Assembly: GCA_007376205.1 (NCBI GenBank)
Contig: VMFU01000001.1
Coordinates: 94,661-158,660, forward strand
Length of the DNA: 64,000 bases
Origin: Candidatus Peregrinibacteria bacterium Gr01-1014_25
GTDB taxonomy: Bacteria > Patescibacteriota > Gracilibacteria > Peribacterales > Peribacteraceae
Reading direction: 5' to 3'
In this document: in pieces, positions 62,722-64,000 of the stretch
Layout: every line of letters starts with the position of its first letter
How positions within the stretch are numbered: the stretch's first letter is position 1
Notes under the pieces: generated by a model
What the model saw: only the letters and a program-made list of their open reading frames with translations
Databases searched by the model: none
Told to the model about the DNA's origin: nothing
Position numbers and translations under genes: made by a program

Positions 62722-63063
62722 ATGTACAGTAAACATTACATGAAGCGATACCCCCAGCCCCACGGCCAACCGGACTTCCGCGAACGGGAGACCGGACGAG
62801 GCGGCGAGGCTGAAGACATCTCCCGCCCGATCGATTCGCTGATGCAGAGCATCCGCATCCGCGTCCTCGTGAATGGCACGAACAAAGACGTTAGGGATCG
62901 CGCGCTGGAGGATCTGTTTACGACGGGCGTGACGCCGGATCTCGTCGCGCAGGAACTCCGCGCCCTTGCCAAACGCGCCCCGCGGGATTTCCCGCAATGC
63001 AGCGTGGAGCAAGTCATCTGCTGGGCGCACGTCCTGTGGAACAATCGCGCGAGGGGGTTATAG
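62722..63063 (+). CDS. Hypothetical protein (113 aa)
   Basis: Same strand as its neighbours, and ends 7 nt before the next start. No family was recognised. Confidence 0.4.
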   Translation: MYSKHYMKRYPQPHGQPDFRERETGRGGEAEDISRPIDSLMQSIRIRVLVNGTNKDVRDRALEDLFTTGVTPDLVAQELRALAKRAPRDFPQCSVEQVICWAHVLWNNRARGL

Positions 63064-63070
63064 TGCGAAT

Positions 63071-64000
63071 ATGGTCGAACGCGATGCATTCCTCCGAACC
63101 GCCCAAGAGCGTCCCGATGACGACGCCCCACGCCTCGTATACGCGGATTGGCTGGAGGAACAGGGCGACCCGCAAGCGGAATTGATCCGTGTGTAGATAG
63201 AACTCTCACGGCTTGACCCGCACTCGGCGCGTGCACGGCAATTGTTGGTCCGCGCCCAAGAAGTGCGGGCACTGCTCGACCTGCGGCATCTTCGTCGCCT
63301 TCGTCGCCGCATACGCGGCCTGCAGTGCGGATTCCGCCGAGGCTTCATTGAAGTCGCCCATGCACCACTGGGCCCCCTCATCGAACACCAGGAAGAGTTT
63401 TGGCGCTGGGCCCGGAGACACACCGTTCTCCGTGCGGTATCCATCACCGACATTCATCCGGTCGATTGGGCAATGTACGATACTGCGGGGCAGGAATCAT
63501 CCCTCATCAATCACATCGGAGATCTCCGCATTGATACGGATGCGCCGACGCTCATTCGCGAGCTCCGCATATCGACCGGAAATTTTTCCCGAGACGATCT
63601 CGCCCTATTTCGCGAGTGTAACAATCTGGGTCATATCCAACATCTTGATGTATCGCAGGTCGGCGACCTGACGCCATCCACGCTGGGAGACCTCATTGCC
63701 TTGAAAGGAAGCATGCTGCCGATGCTGCAAGCTGTACGGGCAAGCCATCGAGAAACGTTGAGAGGTGGCGAGCAGCAAGGTTTCCAGGGCATCCGCGAGC
63801 AACTGCTTGCAGCGATGGCTCGGCCGGCGCCCCGCCTTTCGCTTGAGCAGCTGCGCATCGATCATAACCGGCTCAACGATCATGCGCTCTACCAGACACT
63901 TCTCCGTGGGAATCTGGCCCACATCGGCCGCCTCGATATCCGCGGCAATCCCATCACGACACGGTGTGTCGACGAGCTGCGCGAGCGGAACATCGCGGAG
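63071..64000 (+). pseudogene. TIGR02996-type (repeat-companion N-terminal domain) / leucine-rich-repeat protein interrupted by an in-frame TAG at 63194-63196; runs off the right edge
   Basis: MVERDAFLRTAQERPDDDAPRLVYADWLEEQGDPQAELIRV*IELSRLDP... The same frame then stays open for 268 codons to nt 64000. It contains FRRGFIEV and LRR-like units (..LRIDHNRLNDHALYQTLLRGNLAHIGRLDIRGNPIT..). Confidence 0.6.

Noticed and set aside
63213-63671. 152-aa ORF (+) and minus-strand ORFs 63058-63453, 63605-63922 and 63631-63858 at the right end.
   Set aside because: They are out of frame with the TIGR02996/LRR reading frame, which shows family-specific motifs. Their sequences are Ser/Arg/Cys-rich and look like frame artefacts.

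Overview
GC-rich bacterial chromosomal fragment (about 60% GC judged by eye and a few hand-counted 60-nt lines). It uses the standard genetic code: TGA, TAG and TAA all terminate conserved genes. About 60 genes are tightly packed and many are translationally coupled through ATGA or TGATG overlaps. Gene content points to a Patescibacteria/CPR-like organism, but this is an inference and the high GC is atypical for that group. The supporting signs are a solitary, shortened 16S rRNA gene with no 23S, 5S or spacer tRNA, a TrbC/VirB2-like mini-pilin, a soluble T4SS-coupling-protein-like ATPase, rpsF-rpsR without ssb, and rpmH without rnpA.

Layout:
- (i) 0-24.4 kb is a large surface-glycan island. 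It contains an aminotransferase, a dehydratase, a reversed-order HldE-like enzyme, a complete NeuC-NeuB-NeuA CMP-nonulosonic-acid operon, a KpsS/KpsC-like protein, several GT-B/GT-A/GT-C glycosyltransferases, a methyltransferase, an AsnB-like amidotransferase and a nucleotide-sugar dehydrogenase.
- (ii) 24.4-36.1 kb is housekeeping: M50 protease, rpmB, tRNA-Ser(GGA), pheT, PduO-type adenosyltransferase, rpmH, M16 peptidase, metK, a TMTC-like GT-C/TPR protein and ndk.
- (iii) 36.1-46.1 kb is the most unusual locus. Four tandem paralogous ~555-aa cysteine-rich proteins that I cannot assign to any characterised family lie directly upstream of a TraD/VirD4-like ATPase and divergent from a TrmB-type regulator. 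A steep GC drop is centred on the promoter-proximal paralog.
- (iv) 46-58 kb is envelope and housekeeping: DUF1858/IscA-like fusion, S41 protease, RNase HI, VanW, RecO, FtsX-like, TPR, pilin-like, PBP1A, YebC, rpsR and rpsF.
- (v) 58.1-60.1 kb is the orphan 16S rRNA, with its own promoter and a 22-nt leader/trailer processing stem.
- (vi) 60.2-64 kb holds hypothetical genes, a short orphan SufD-like gene, and a TIGR02996-type/LRR gene interrupted by an in-frame TAG.

No CRISPR array, transposase, integrase or reverse transcriptase was recognised. All coordinates for small motifs were hand-indexed.
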